The notes: a model not told the origin generated them from the letters alone. DNA of 64,000 bases from Octopus vulgaris (GCA_951406725.2 OX597831.1:41044001-41108000); one strand, 5' to 3'. Numbered from the stretch's first letter, positions 12,530 to 26,433 are shown. Translations and numbers: made by a program.

Positions 12530-12717
12530 TGAATAAGGTAGACTATTGAAAAGGTTGCAAGACGCAACGAAAATTTTAGGAAAATAGAAATAAGTGGAAA
12601 TTTTACCGATGTGTTAAATTATAAGGCACAAAAAGAAAATGACTCTCTCCAGACACAACAGAATATGCTTCAACACACGAACTCATATAAAGAATTTTGC
12701 AAACCAAATCCAAAAAC
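12530..12717 (+). mobile_element. Penelope-like repeat fragment with U3-A8 hammerhead-like motif
   Basis: 12585-12717 matches ~19630-19770; motif CTA-TTGAAAA-G-GTTGC-AAGAC-GCAAC-GAAAATT-T-TAG at 12543-12579. Confidence 0.5.
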
Positions 12718-13262
12718 TGGTACTTTTTTCATCGACCCTGAAAGGATGAAAGGCAAAGTTGACCTCGGTGGAATTTGAACTCAGAACGAAGTGGCAGACG
12801 AAATACCGCTAAGCATTTCGCCCGGCGTGCTAACATTTCTGCCAGCTCGCCGCCTTTAAATATTCTTTTCTACTCTAGGCACATAGCTCGTAATTTTGGG
12901 AGAAGGGGTCAGTCGATTAGATCGACTCCAGTTCGCAACTGGTGCTTAATTTATCGACCCCGAAAGGATGAAAGATAAAATCGACCTCCGCGGAATTTGA
13001 ACTGAGAACGTAAAGACAGACGAAATACCTATTTCTTTACTACCCACAAGGGGCTAAACACAGAGGGGACAAACAAGGACAGACAAACGGATTAAGTCGA
13101 TTATATCGATCCCAGTGCGTAACTGGTATTTATCTAATCGACCCCGAAAGGATGAAAGGCAAAGTCGAACTGGGCGGAATTTGAACCCAGAACGTAGCGA
13201 CAGACGAAATACCGCAAAGCATTTCGCCCGGCGTGCTAGCGATTCTGCCAGCTCGCCGCCTT
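12718..13262 (-). mobile_element. SINE family B multimer (three core copies)
   Basis: GAAAGGATGAAAG..AAA.TCGA repeated at ~12740, 12960, 13145; head GCCAGCTCGCCGCC at ~12841 and ~13247. Confidence 0.88.
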
Positions 13263-13318
13263 ACATGTTAATTATCAAATAATATAAGCAGATGTTAACA
13301 TTGAACTATTTTCTAGAA

Positions 13319-13690
13319 GGAGGCGCAATGGCCCAGTGGTTAGGGAAGCGGACTCGCGGTCATAGGATCGCGGCTTCGATTCCCAGACCGGGCGTTGTGA
13401 GTGTTTATTGAGCGAAAACACCTAAAAGCTCCACGAGGCTCCGGCAGGGGATGGTGGTACTCTTTCACCACAACTTTCTCTCACTCTTACCTCCTGTTTC
13501 TGTTGTACCTGTATTTCAAGGGGCCGGCCTTGTCACTCTGTGTCACGCTGAATATCCCCGAGAACTACGTTAAGGGTGCACGTGTCTGTGGAGTGCTCAG
13601 CCACTTACACGTTAATTTCACGAGCAGGCTGTTCCGTTGATTCGGATCAACCGGAACTCTCATCGTCGTAACCGACAGAGTGCTTCCATC
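13319..13690 (+). mobile_element. SINE family D, full length, 10-bp TSD
   Basis: TSD ATTTTCTAGA 13308-13317 and 13692-13701; homologous to 3489-3876. Confidence 0.92.
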
Positions 13691-13907
13691 CATTTTCTAG
13701 AGCTAGATTTCCATTAGGACAATACGTAAAGTAAAACAGTTTTTAAACAGTAATAAGATGCCTTAGGTATACCTGTGTTTGTGAGTGACCCGAGGAAATC
13801 CACGGATGATAAGAGTTCAATCTGATAGTTAATTACTTGCTGCAAACTGCATTGAAAGGGGTTAATTAAATAAAATATACGTTCCTCTTTATAATGTAAT
13901 AAACAAG

Positions 13908-14058
13908 AGACGTAGGAGAGGCTGTGTGGTAAGAAGCATTCTTACCAACCACATGCGTGGCACCTTGGCCAAGTGTCTTCTACTGTAGCCTCGGGCCGAC
14001 CAAAACCTTGTGAGTGGAGTTGGTAGACGGAAACTGAAAGAAGCCCGTCGTATACATG

Positions 14059-14095
<37 letters not shown>

Positions 14096-14300
14096 ACGTT
14101 TGTATGTCTGTGTTTGTCCCCCCCCCCGCCAACATCGCATGACAACCAATGCTGGTGTGTTTACGTCCCCGTAACTTAGCGGTTCAGTGGAAAAGACCGA
14201 TAGAATAAGTACTAGGCTTACAAAGAATAAGTCCCGGGGTCGATTTGCTCCACCATGGCCGCAGTCAAATGACTGAAACAAGTGAAAGAGTAAAAGAGTA
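13908..14300 (+). mobile_element. SINE family A
   Basis: Homology to family. Confidence 0.88.
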
Positions 14301-15035
14301 GTTGATAAAACATGTATTTTCTAATTTTTAAGAAAGTTCATAAATTTATATTTTTTACGTTATACTTGTGTACAAATCATGTTTTTTCATCTTCAAAGTA
14401 CAACAACGGGCTGTAAAAAAAATGACTCCACACCTGAGTTCTCTTGTCAATATATTAAATCCATAGCTTCAGGCTTTCAGGTTTTTAATTTTTTTTTCTT
14501 TTCTCACTCTAAATTCCGTTCTATGTTTACAAAGCTCAAACGATGGACGCACTTGTCTTCTCCCCCCCCCCTTTTTTTCTCCCTCTCTCTCTCTTTCTAT
14601 CTCTTTCCCTTTCTCTCTCTTAATTTTGTTTGCTTCTTTCTTTCTCACTCTTACTCTCTCTCACTCCCTTTCATCATCACTACACTCTCTCTTTCCCATT
14701 TTCTGTATATATATATAAATAGTAGAAATATGTTACGAAAAGAAAATATAAGATACACGTGGAAATGTAAGGGTAAAATATGAAAAATCAACGAAAATGC
14801 ATATTGCAAATAGAAAAAGGCTATTTATGACAGGTAGTGACAAATATATACATTTAGATTGACTGAGGTAGTAATACGAGTCATAAAGGTCATTATTATG
14901 AGATGATTATAAGATGATAATAAAGTAAGAGAACAAAACGAACCAGTGGTTTACGCGAAGGCTATTCATCGTTTGAACAACAGCGGTTAATATACGGTGT
15001 TAGGTCTAATAGTTCCTGACAAAAAATATATATAA

Positions 15036-15100
<65 letters not shown>

Positions 15101-15143
15101 TATGTACATGCATATATATGTACATGTATGTATATATATATAC

Positions 15144-15175
<32 letters not shown>

Positions 15176-15222
15176 ATCTATATGTATGTATGCATACGTA
15201 TATATATGTATATATATAAATG

Positions 15223-15282
<60 letters not shown>

Positions 15283-15285
<3 letters not shown>

Positions 15286-15500
15286 CTTTACTACCCACAA
15301 GGGGCTAAACACAGAGGGGACAAACAAGGACAGACAAAGGGATTACGTCGACTACATCGACCCCAGTGCGTAACTGGTACTTAATTTATCGACCCCGAAA
15401 GGATGAAAGGCAAAGTCGACCTCGGCGGAATTTGAACACGGAACGTAACGACAGACGAATTTCGCCCGGCGTGCTAACGTTTCTACCAGCTCGCCGCCTT
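15283..15500 (-). mobile_element. SINE family B monomer inserted in (TA)n
   Basis: TTTCTTTACTACCCACAAGGGG...CCAGCTCGCCGCC. Confidence 0.88.
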
Positions 15501-15656
15501 ATATATATATATATATGTATGTATATATGTATGTATATGTATCTGCACATCTGTATCTATCTATCGAGATATATATATATATACATACTCACACACATGT
15601 ACTTATGCATATGCGCTCACACACACGCTCATAAATGTATATATGTATACATATAT

Positions 15657-15822
15657 AGGCGCAGGAGTGGCTGTGTGGTAAGTAGCTTGCGCACCAACCA
15701 CATGGATCCGGGTTCAGTCCCACTGCGTGACACCTTGGCCAAGTGTCTTTCACTGTAGCCTCGGGCTGACCAAATCCGTGTGAGTGGATTTGGTAGACGG
15801 AAACTGAAAGAAACCCGTCGTA
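15657..15822 (+). mobile_element. SINE family A 5' half
   Basis: GGCGCAGGAGTGGCTGTGTGG...AAACCCGTCG. Confidence 0.85.
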
Positions 15823-15825
15823 TAT

Positions 15826-15946
15826 CAGCCGAAATTGCTAGGATGATCCGGTTTTTGACTGAAGATTGAAGGCTTCGAATGTCACGTCCGTGTTTTTTGT
15901 ATCGTCTTCTGAATGTTTTACGTTCTTGTCCCTGTTTTTATTTTTC

Positions 15947-15948
<2 letters not shown>
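15826..15948 (+). mobile_element. Penelope-like terminal fragment (same family as 38125-38435)
   Basis: CAGCCGAAATTGC...GACTGAAGA...CTTCGAATG..CGTCC shared with the reverse complement of ~38215-38280; ends in (TA)n. Confidence 0.5.
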
Positions 15949-16013
<65 letters not shown>

Positions 16014-16042
16014 GTATAAATATATATATGTATATAGGTATT

Positions 16043-16162
<120 letters not shown>

Positions 16163-16224
16163 GTATGTATATGTTTGCTTGTCTGTGTTTGTCCCCCTAA
16201 CATCGTTTGACAACATATACATAC

Positions 16225-16260
<36 letters not shown>

Positions 16261-16738
16261 ATAGATATGCATTCTTAACATACCTTCATGCTCTTCATGC
16301 TCGTGCTATGTGACCAATAGAAAAGCCCACCGCGACTCCTTATTTACACAGAAGTTACTAAAATATAAACATATGTAACTCAGCGTCGGAAGACAATCTA
16401 CTTTGCCAACGTCTCTATAAAATGCGTCTTGTAATCAACCTGAATAAAAAAAAAAAAAATCGTTTACATATAATTTAGCGCCATAGTCACTTCGCGTCAA
16501 TTCGGCTAAGAATAATATTTATCTTAGCCATATCAATGCGAATTACAAAAGACCAAGTTAATATATTGATTGGCTGTTTTGTCTACTGATAATTCGGCAT
16601 TCATTACAGATGTTTGACAAGGTCTTGTTAAAACTTGATTGTCATTCCTCAGGCTTTGTTAACGCTAACACCTTCCGAATAGAAACCTGGGGTAGTGGCT
16701 GACAAGTTTCTCCACTTCAGCATTATCTAGCCTTATTC

Positions 16739-16740
<2 letters not shown>

Positions 16741-16835
<95 letters not shown>

Positions 16836-16854
16836 GTTATTATTATTATTATTA

Positions 16855-16899
<45 letters not shown>

Positions 16900-16904
16900 G
16901 TATT

Positions 16905-16949
<45 letters not shown>
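16741..16949. repeat. (ATT)n microsatellite
   Basis: Directly visible. Confidence 0.97.
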
Positions 16950-17312
16950 GAGTGAGCGAGCAGTGCATGCCATCAAAGTGACACTGGGGTAAAATATACG
17001 AAGCCCAATATACCCATCATGACTACCCGTCTGATAAAGGTACACCAGGCACATGCATCACAACCATATGTGCGCGACATGGTGATCTCATATCAAGATA
17101 AACAGCACATGACCTTGCAGGTGGGGCCCAGTTAGAATTTTCTTCAGGTTGAGTAGCCCATCCCGCTCAAAAGGTCCCTGAATAAGGGTTGTTTAAGGAT
17201 GTTGAAAGAACCACCCATGTTTCCAGAGGTGAACTATTCAAACCCCAAAGAATCCCTCTCAACACATGGCTATGATGCTCCCCCACTACTTCTGCTCGTG
17301 ATCAGAGATGCA

Positions 17313-17315
<3 letters not shown>
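16950..17315 (-). mobile_element. Family E non-coding element in (AAT)n (probable Dong/R4-related), 3' part
   Basis: Homologous to ~41185-41553 reverse complement and to 56783-57060; (ATT)n on both sides. Confidence 0.75.
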
Positions 17316-17358
<43 letters not shown>

Positions 17359-17716
17359 GTCATTATTATCATTATTATTATTTAATCTCTTAATGAAGTA
17401 ACAGCTGTTCATGTGTTCATTTTTTTTTCTATTTACTTCTTATCATCTATTTATACTTGCTTCAATCATTGGATTGTGGCCAGGCTGGAGTACCGCCTTG
17501 ACGGGTTTAAGTCGAGCAAATGGACCATAGTACTTGTTATTTTAAAAGGTTGGGACTTGATGCATTGGTTGTGTTAAACCGAACCGATAAGTCACGGTGA
17601 CGTAAGCAAACCAACACCGGCTGCCCCGTGGGAAAAAAAGAGAGACAGGGAAAGAGAGATAAATACATAGATAGACAGACTGACTGGCAGGCAGATAGAC
17701 AAACACCTAGACATAC

Positions 17717-17800
<84 letters not shown>

Positions 17801-17872
17801 GTGAATGCATGTGTATGTACATACATACATACATACATACATACATACATACATACATACATACATACATAC

Positions 17873-18222
17873 ATGTGAGCATGTCTACATTTTCTAAGAG
17901 GATGCATGGGAAGACATGAAACAAAACATACAAATCTACACGTATGCATACATACATACATATATACATGCATGCATATATACATGTATACATACATACA
18001 TACATACATACATACATACATACATACATACATACATACATACATACATACATACATACATACATACATACATACATACATACATACATACATACATACA
18101 TACATAAATACAAAAATACCCTGTTGTTGATGTTGAAATTCCAATGAAAAAGCCTTGGAACTAGGTTGGAAATCGCCTCTTTCTCAATTGGTAAGAAATC
18201 TTGAAATAAAACTGAATGGCGT
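17873..18222 (+). mobile_element. Family F LINE 3' UTR with internal and terminal (TACA)n
   Basis: Homologous to reverse complement of ~62150-62325. Confidence 0.7.
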
Positions 18223-18682
18223 ACATACATACATACATACATACATACATACATACATACATACACACATACATATATAATACATACATACATATATACA
18301 TACATGCGAAATTGTACAAATGGAGAGCAACAATGACAGACAAGTAGACAACGTGAAGGTTACAACAGGTGGACAAAAATTCGAAAAGAGACGAACGAAA
18401 TATGGATCCACAACATACAGCAACATTTATGCACAGGGAATTGTAAGCCGAATAGAGAAGTAGGAAAGGAAGTAGGTAGACGTTTCGGGCGAACGTCTTA
18501 CAGCAGTGAACTAAGAAGCATAGGAGAAGAAACAAGAAAAAGAACGATAAATATTTAAAGCTCGTATGTACCTACACATACACTCATACACACACACACA
18601 TACACAAACACACACACACACACATACATATATGTATACAAATATATATACCCCAACCAAATGGTTCCGGGTTCAGTCCCAC

Positions 18683-18732
<50 letters not shown>

Positions 18733-18829
18733 AATAATGAGGGAGATAAATTAATATTAATTTTAATATCAATTTAAAACCAGTAGTCTAGCATACAAAA
18801 AATCTAGTCCAGCCCTGCCAATATACATA

Positions 18830-18903
<74 letters not shown>

Positions 18904-18920
18904 CACATACACACACATAT

Positions 18921-19510
18921 CCGATCGTGGAGTAAGCGACATGAGCCACCCCAAAAGCGGGTCTTCACTCTAAAAAAGTCTTACTTGGTGTCTGATGGGA
19001 TTGGATAGGAATTTTGTACTATGAGCTTCTCCCAAGTAACCAGACAATTAATTCTGAGAAATACTGCACACAACTGGACGAGTTAAAACCAGCAATTCAA
19101 GAGGAACGTCCAGAATAGGCCAACAGGAAGTGTGTTGTTTTCCAACATGATAATGCAAGACCGCACTTTTATTCGGGAATCAGAAAAAATTGCTGCAGCT
19201 CTCGGCTGGGGTGTGTTACCCCACCCTCCATATTCACCAGATATTGCTCTTTCGGATTTCAGATCTCTGCAGAATAGTCTTAATGGCAAAAATTTCAATT
19301 CCTCAGATGACGTAAAGAGATATCTTGATGAATTCTTTGCCATGAAACCACCTCAATTCTGGGAAGAGGGTATTTTCAAGTTAAAGGAAAGATAGAGACG
19401 CATTGTGCAACAAAATGATTCATATTTGGTTGACTAAAAATGTAATGGCAAATATTTATTGACCTATTTCCTTCCTTTAGAAATCCGCACGAACTTTCCG
19501 GACAACCCAA
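18921..19510 (+). pseudogene. Mariner (Tc1/mariner) transposon 3' half, decayed transposase + right TIR
   Basis: KAGLHSKKVLL, YYELLPSNQTINSEKYC, QHDNARPH, GWGVLPHPPYSPDIALSDF, frameshifts and stops; TIR AAATCCGCACGAACTTTCCGGACAACCCAA 19481-19510. Confidence 0.92.
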
Positions 19511-19518
19511 CATATATA

Positions 19519-19772
19519 CTGTTGTGTCTGGGGAGAGTCATTTTGTTTTTGTGCCTTATAATGTAACACACTCACCGGTTAAATTTCCACTCATTTCTTA
19601 TTTTATACGAAAATAAAAATAAAAATAAAAATAAGAAATAATTGGAAATTTTACCGGTGACTGTGTTACATTATAAGGCACAAAAAGAAAATGACTCTCC
19701 CCAGACACAACAGAATATGCTTCAACACACGAACTCATATAAAGAATCTTGCAAACCAAATCCAAAAACCAA
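19519..19772. mobile_element. Penelope-like fragment forming a fold-back (arms ~19519-19604 and ~19627-19713)
   Basis: CTGTTGTGTCTGGGGAGAGTCATTTT... is the reverse complement of ...AAAATGACTCTCCCCAGACACAACAG. Confidence 0.7.
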
Positions 19773-19939
19773 CATATATATATATATATATATATATAGT
19801 CATACATATTTATGTACATACGCACAGACACACACACATATATATATGCAAATATGTACGCATGTATATTGATGTACATACATGCATACACACACACATA
19901 TATATATATAGTCATACATATATATGTACATACGCACAG

Positions 19940-20026
<87 letters not shown>

Positions 20027-20454
20027 AATATGTATGCATGTATATTGATGTACATACATGCATACACACATAAGGCAGAAAAGAGTTCTAATAAGCCGTT
20101 AATGTTTATGAATAAAATGTGCCTGAATATATGTGTTTGTGTGTATGTGTATGTATGTATATATATATATGTGCATTTCATACCCTAGTCTTCCTGTGTG
20201 TTCTTTCATTCACTCATTTACTTTCCCTGTCTCTTTGACTTTATTTCTTCATATTCTCCTTCTCCTGTCATTCTTTTTCTTTGTCCAATAATTTGTCTTT
20301 ATTCTTTATTTCTCATACAAATTTCATCTTAAAGCACTCTCGCCCACCTCTTTCTTTATTTTTTATTTCGCTTCCTCCTTTCGCTGTCTTTCTCTCATAC
20401 TCCTTCCCACTGTCGTCTGCATACATTTATCTCAATAATATTGTAGATAAGAAC

Positions 20455-20535
<81 letters not shown>

Positions 20536-20943
20536 GAATAAAAATATATACAATAAAACTATTGAATATTAATAAACAACAAAAAAAACTAACCAATAAC
20601 AATCGGTAAAACAAATGTCCGGCAAAACAGAAAATTCGTTCTCTTTTAATCTTATTTACTGGCAGGGAGAGAGGATGAGGGAGAAAGCAAAAGCTTTAAA
20701 AAAATGAAAAATCATAAATAAATGAATGAAATAAAGTAATAAAACAAAATTATAAACAGCAATGAGAAAGACAACAACAAAAAATATATATATATCTTAT
20801 CGAGTTAACAAAATATTCATTATTACGAAGAGGCCATTTTGTTACAAGTTTATGCAAATGGCGTCTTTCCTCTCCGTAACAGTTAAACGCCATTTTTGTT
20901 GCTATTGAAGTCTTTGCTATTGGAGTTTTATTATCTTGCTTCG

Positions 20944-20974
<31 letters not shown>

Positions 20975-21392
20975 TCATCTCCATCACTTCCACCAGTTGT
21001 AGTGGTAGTGGTAGTGGTGATGGTGGTGTAGGTGGTGGTAGTTGCAGTGATGTTTAGTGATGGTAATACAGTTGTGCAATAAATTCGTACGAAATATTCA
21101 CACCACACATGTCGATAAGAAAGCTTTTACTTTAGTTGGTTACTTATGTGCTCTTTGTATTTGTTAAGGTGTGTTGTTTTTGTTTTGTTTTATTTATACT
21201 GTTTTATTTATATGTTTTTGTTTTGTTTTGTTTTGTATCTTCTTCATTCCCTCATTCATTCATTCATGTATCCTTTTTATAGAATTATTGAAGTTATATC
21301 TTTACGTTTATGGAGTGGAACTTCCACAGACAAAACGACGTACATAACTCACGCAAACACTATATCACATTCACACTCTCTGACACAAACAA

Positions 21393-21492
<100 letters not shown>

Positions 21493-21921
21493 GCAACATA
21501 CATAAACACACGAACACGAACAATGACACAGCCACAAACGAAAGCCGATAGACTCTCATTCCCCCTCTCTCACACACACACACATACACACACTTAAATA
21601 CAGATACACGCACACACTTATACATACACTCATATTCATAAATACTGGCATATTCTCTTATACAGAAACTCACAAACTATCTATCTCGCAATTACTGACA
21701 TCCATACACTGATGCGCTTTCTTTCATTCTCTCTCTCTCTTTCTCGTGCACACAAATACACACATATAAACACTGACATATATAGACACCCAATCAACAA
21801 CTTATGGAAACACGTTTTTTTTTTCTCTCTATTTATGAAAGAAACCTCAGCTCATTGTTCGACACACTCAAAAAAATGTCATTTGTAAGACGTTGCTTGC
21901 ATTATGGTCGTCATTTTTGTT

Positions 21922-21956
<35 letters not shown>

Positions 21957-22740
21957 TTACTCTTTTTTATCTCAATTTGTTGTTTTTTTTTCTTGTTGTC
22001 TGTTTATCGTTTTGTCCTGGAAATAAAAGACGATGGAAAAAGGGTGGAAGGGTGGCCCTGTCTGGTCACTGAGAGAAAGAATGGAGAATATTGGGTTGTT
22101 GGGGGCCGTTAAAATAGAACTTGGCTAATTGAAAAAAATAACATACCGAAAGGCGCAGGCGTAGCCGTGTGGTTAAAACGTTCGCTCCGCAACCACGTCA
22201 TGGTGTGTTCGAGTCCCAACTGCGCAGCAACTTCAGCAAGGGTCTTCTACTGTAAATTCGGATTTATAATACTGTGGTGGATCTTAACAGAGAAAACCGT
22301 ACAAGAGCCATTCGGATTTGCATATGCACATACAGATATATATATCTGTGTATTTAATCTAATATATAAAATAGAGATGCTTTTCACGCGAAATCGATTT
22401 CACGAATTACTTCCATATTTGTGATGCATGAATTATTTGACCTCGGACAAATGTTAGGCTCTTCATTTGATTTTTTTAATTAAAAATAAATAATATTGCT
22501 TTATATATATATGATTCACTTCTTTAAAAAGGTTTCTCAATGTCAACTTCCGGTATTGACGTAACAGCGGCAAAAAGCATCACTCTTCATTTTGACGTTT
22601 TCCAGTTTTAGTTCACTATTTGCAAACTAAATCAACTGCAATAAATTACTGAAAGTCCACAAATTTAAACATTCCGTACAAGAGCTTTTATTTATACGAC
22701 TTCTTCATTTCATGTTTATTTCATTCATTGTTCGCAATAT

Positions 22741-22791
<51 letters not shown>

Positions 22792-23245
22792 CTCACTCAC
22801 TCTCTCTCCTTCCCTCTTTCTCTCTCTTTCTCTCTCTCTCTCTCTTAGACACACACATATCCATTTCATCTGATCTGTGATACTCTGTGTGTGTGTGCAT
22901 GCATGCTTAGGGGTTCCACAATTGCCATTTAATTCAATTACTCTTGTGAGGATATTCGCATAACTCATTTTTTCATTCAATCCCCATTTTAATTTTCGTA
23001 AAAGTTTCCGAGAACAATGTTCTCACTCTAAAAGGGGAGTCGGGGTAGGCGTAGATGATCAGTATTCTACAGTGAAGCAAAGTTGGGTACAGGTAACCAG
23101 AGTCGATGTTGAATTCTGCAACTCTGTTAACTCTATCAAGTATGTTTGCAAATATATAGACAAATGTTTAGACGCTGCACATGTATGTGTGTGTGTGTGT
23201 ATGTGTGGCACCCATCTTTGATGAGGAGGTCATTTAAGGCAGATA

Positions 23246-23912
23246 TTCCAATTCCAGCCAAATTGCTACGCTGATAGCACAGATGTGTAAATAATCTTAC
23301 ATTATATAGTATTAACGACAAATAAGAGATCCCAATATACCAAATAATTACTCTCAAGTGTATAACAAAGAATGTAGTATGCAAAAATGTTCTCCCTTAA
23401 GACTGGAGGTTCAGTACGAAGGCGCGTGGCTTAGTGATTAGGGTATTCGGCTCACAATAGTAAGGTCGTGAGTTCAACTCCCGGCGACGCGTTGTGTCCT
23501 TGAGCAAGACATTTTATTTCACGTTGCTCCAGTCCACTCAGCTGGCAAAAAATGAGTTGTACCTGTATTTCAATAGGCCAGCTTTGTCACACTCTGTCAT
23601 GCTGAATCTCCCTAAGAACTACGTTACGGGTACACATGTCTGTGGATTACTCAGACACTTTCACGAGCAGGTTGTTCCGTTGATCGTATCAGCTGGGACC
23701 CTCGTTGTCGTAACCGACGGAGAGCTCCTTTTTTTTTTTCCAGTTCTAGGCAAATGGCTACGCAGATAGCAAAGGTGTATAAATAATCTTACAATGTATA
23801 GTATTAACGACAAATAAGAGATCCCAATATACCAAATAATTACTCTCAAGTGTATAACAAAGAATGTAGTATGCAAAAATGTCCTCCCTTAAGACTGGAG
23901 GTTCAGTACGAA
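23246..23912. repeat. 175-bp direct duplication flanking a SINE (23246-23420 and 23738-23912)
   Basis: Both copies end GACTGGAGGTTCAGTACGAA; the SINE sits exactly between them. Confidence 0.9.
23421..23737 (+). mobile_element. Chimeric SINE: tRNA head + family-C CORE segment + family-D tail
   Basis: TGTGTCCTTGAGCAAGACATTTTATTTCACGTTGCTCCAG (as in C) followed by GTTGTACCTGTATTTC...GTCGTAACCGACGGAG (as in D). Confidence 0.85.
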
Positions 23913-24119
23913 ACATCGCGACATTTGACTGTCTCGAGAATCATTTTTAAAAAAATGCAACTTCAAAATAAATCTGTTCAATGGAATCTTGTAGGTTTCT
24001 GCCAAATTTATAGTTTTCAAAATAACAGTGAAATTTTCGAGGATACTTCTTGAAGCAAGTGTGTGTGTATACAAATGTGTGTGTGTGTGAGAGAGAGAAT
24101 GTGTGTATGTTTACATATA

Positions 24120-24195
<76 letters not shown>

Positions 24196-24662
24196 GAATA
24201 AGAGTTGTGTATTTTCATTAGTAAATGGAGTTGAACTCGTGGCTTTCATCTGTGGCTCGACAACTGAACTACATACAAATGTATAATTGATAGAGACAAA
24301 AAGTATCTGTGTATATATATATATATATATATATACATATGCATATGCATGTAAATATATGCATATAAATATACATATCTATATTATACTTATATGCATA
24401 CTTATGTATGTATTATGTATGTATGTATGTATGTATGTATGCATACGCATACATAACAAGAGATTTACTATAGAATATAAATACATGAGTGTTATATATG
24501 TGTGTGTATATATATATAGATAGATACATACATACATGCATACATACATATATATACTGTTACGCAGATACATACACATACATATAAACATCCATACATG
24601 CATAGATACGTACATACATACATACATACATACATGCTTACATACATGCATACATACATACA

Positions 24663-24696
<34 letters not shown>

Positions 24697-25353
24697 CATA
24701 ATTCTTCATAACAACATGAAAACATTATTGTTCTTTCCTATGTATTTATAGCGAAACCTCAACTTATAAAAAAAAAATAAAACAAAACACTTAACTATTT
24801 TGTTTATACTTCTTCCAACAATTCATAGTGTTATTTCCAAATTGAACATATTTAATTATCAAAAAAAAAATTTTTTTTTTCTATTTACATTCTTTTTAAA
24901 TTTATTTTTCATTATAATTATAAACATTCGCTTTCTACCTTCATTTCTCTCTCATCTTTCTACTTCGTTCTCTTTTTCTCTCCCCACCTCTCTCTCTCTC
25001 TCTCATTCTTTCTCCCTTTCTTTCTTTCTCTCCAAGACAGCAACGCCACCGCCAACCGTACTCTCCGTGTTTCTTTTGTTTCAAATTTACCCCCCCCCCA
25101 AAAAAAAACAGTGAAGTAGCATTACGATATATTTCTGTATTTTTCTTTCGTTTCCATTCTTGCTTTTGCATGTTTGAGAAATGTTTTTTTCTTTATACAT
25201 ATAAATGTGTGTGTATGTATGTATATATATGTATATATATATATATATATATGAATATATGTATGTATGTATGTATGTATACACACACATACATATATAT
25301 GTACATATTTATACACTAACAAAATCAGATATATAGTTGTAAACACACACACA

Positions 25354-25386
<33 letters not shown>

Positions 25387-25476
25387 GATGCATATATAAA
25401 TTTCTGACGTTGGCTAGATAGATAGAAAGATAGATAGACAGACAGACAGACACACACGCACACACACACACACATA

Positions 25477-25539
<63 letters not shown>

Positions 25540-25587
25540 GATGCATATATAAATTTCTGACGTTGGCTAGATAGATAGAAAGATAGC

Positions 25588-25730
<143 letters not shown>

Positions 25731-26397
25731 GCTGACAAACAGACAGATAGACAGATACATATATACATACATACATATCACATACATACATACATATACA
25801 TATATATGTGTGTGTATGAATGTACTTATATACGTATGTATATCATTATGTATGTATATCATTATGTATGTATACATGCATGTATGCTTGTATATCTTTA
25901 TATGTATGTATGTATGTATGCACGTATGCATTCATGCATATACGTATGTATGCACGCTTGTATATCTGCATGCATGCATGCATGCAATCATGCATGTATG
26001 TATGCAGTGCACGTATGTATGTAAGCATGTATGTATGCACAATATGTGTTTATTGTTAATTTAGGAAATATTCTATATTATCTGCCGTGTTTTTCTCCTA
26101 ACGCATCCCTTATTTTCATCTTCCCTTCCGGCGCTCACCCTTCGTCTCTCTCACCCCAACACCCATTCCCTTTCATCTCAAATACTCCTTTTGTGTCGGC
26201 GCATGTTTTAATGATTTTTCATCTGTTTTGTTATGCACTATTTTCTTTGTATATATATATGTTTTTTTATATATATATCGTAATTTATTATATATTTTAT
26301 AACATAGTTATGCTTGTTAATAATATTTTCATATCATTTTTTAAAAACTTTTATTTCGCTATTTTGATGTGAAGATAAAAGAATATTCAATTATATA

Positions 26398-26433
<36 letters not shown>

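Noticed and set aside
18470-18512. Minus-strand hammerhead-like CTGCTGTAAGACGTTCGCCCGAAACGTC
   Set aside because: Core and stem II too degenerate to call; probably a decayed Penelope-like terminus
22357-22740. Possible Helitron 5' end TCTAATATATAAAA
   Set aside because: No matching 3' hairpin-CTAG found and no second copy in the window
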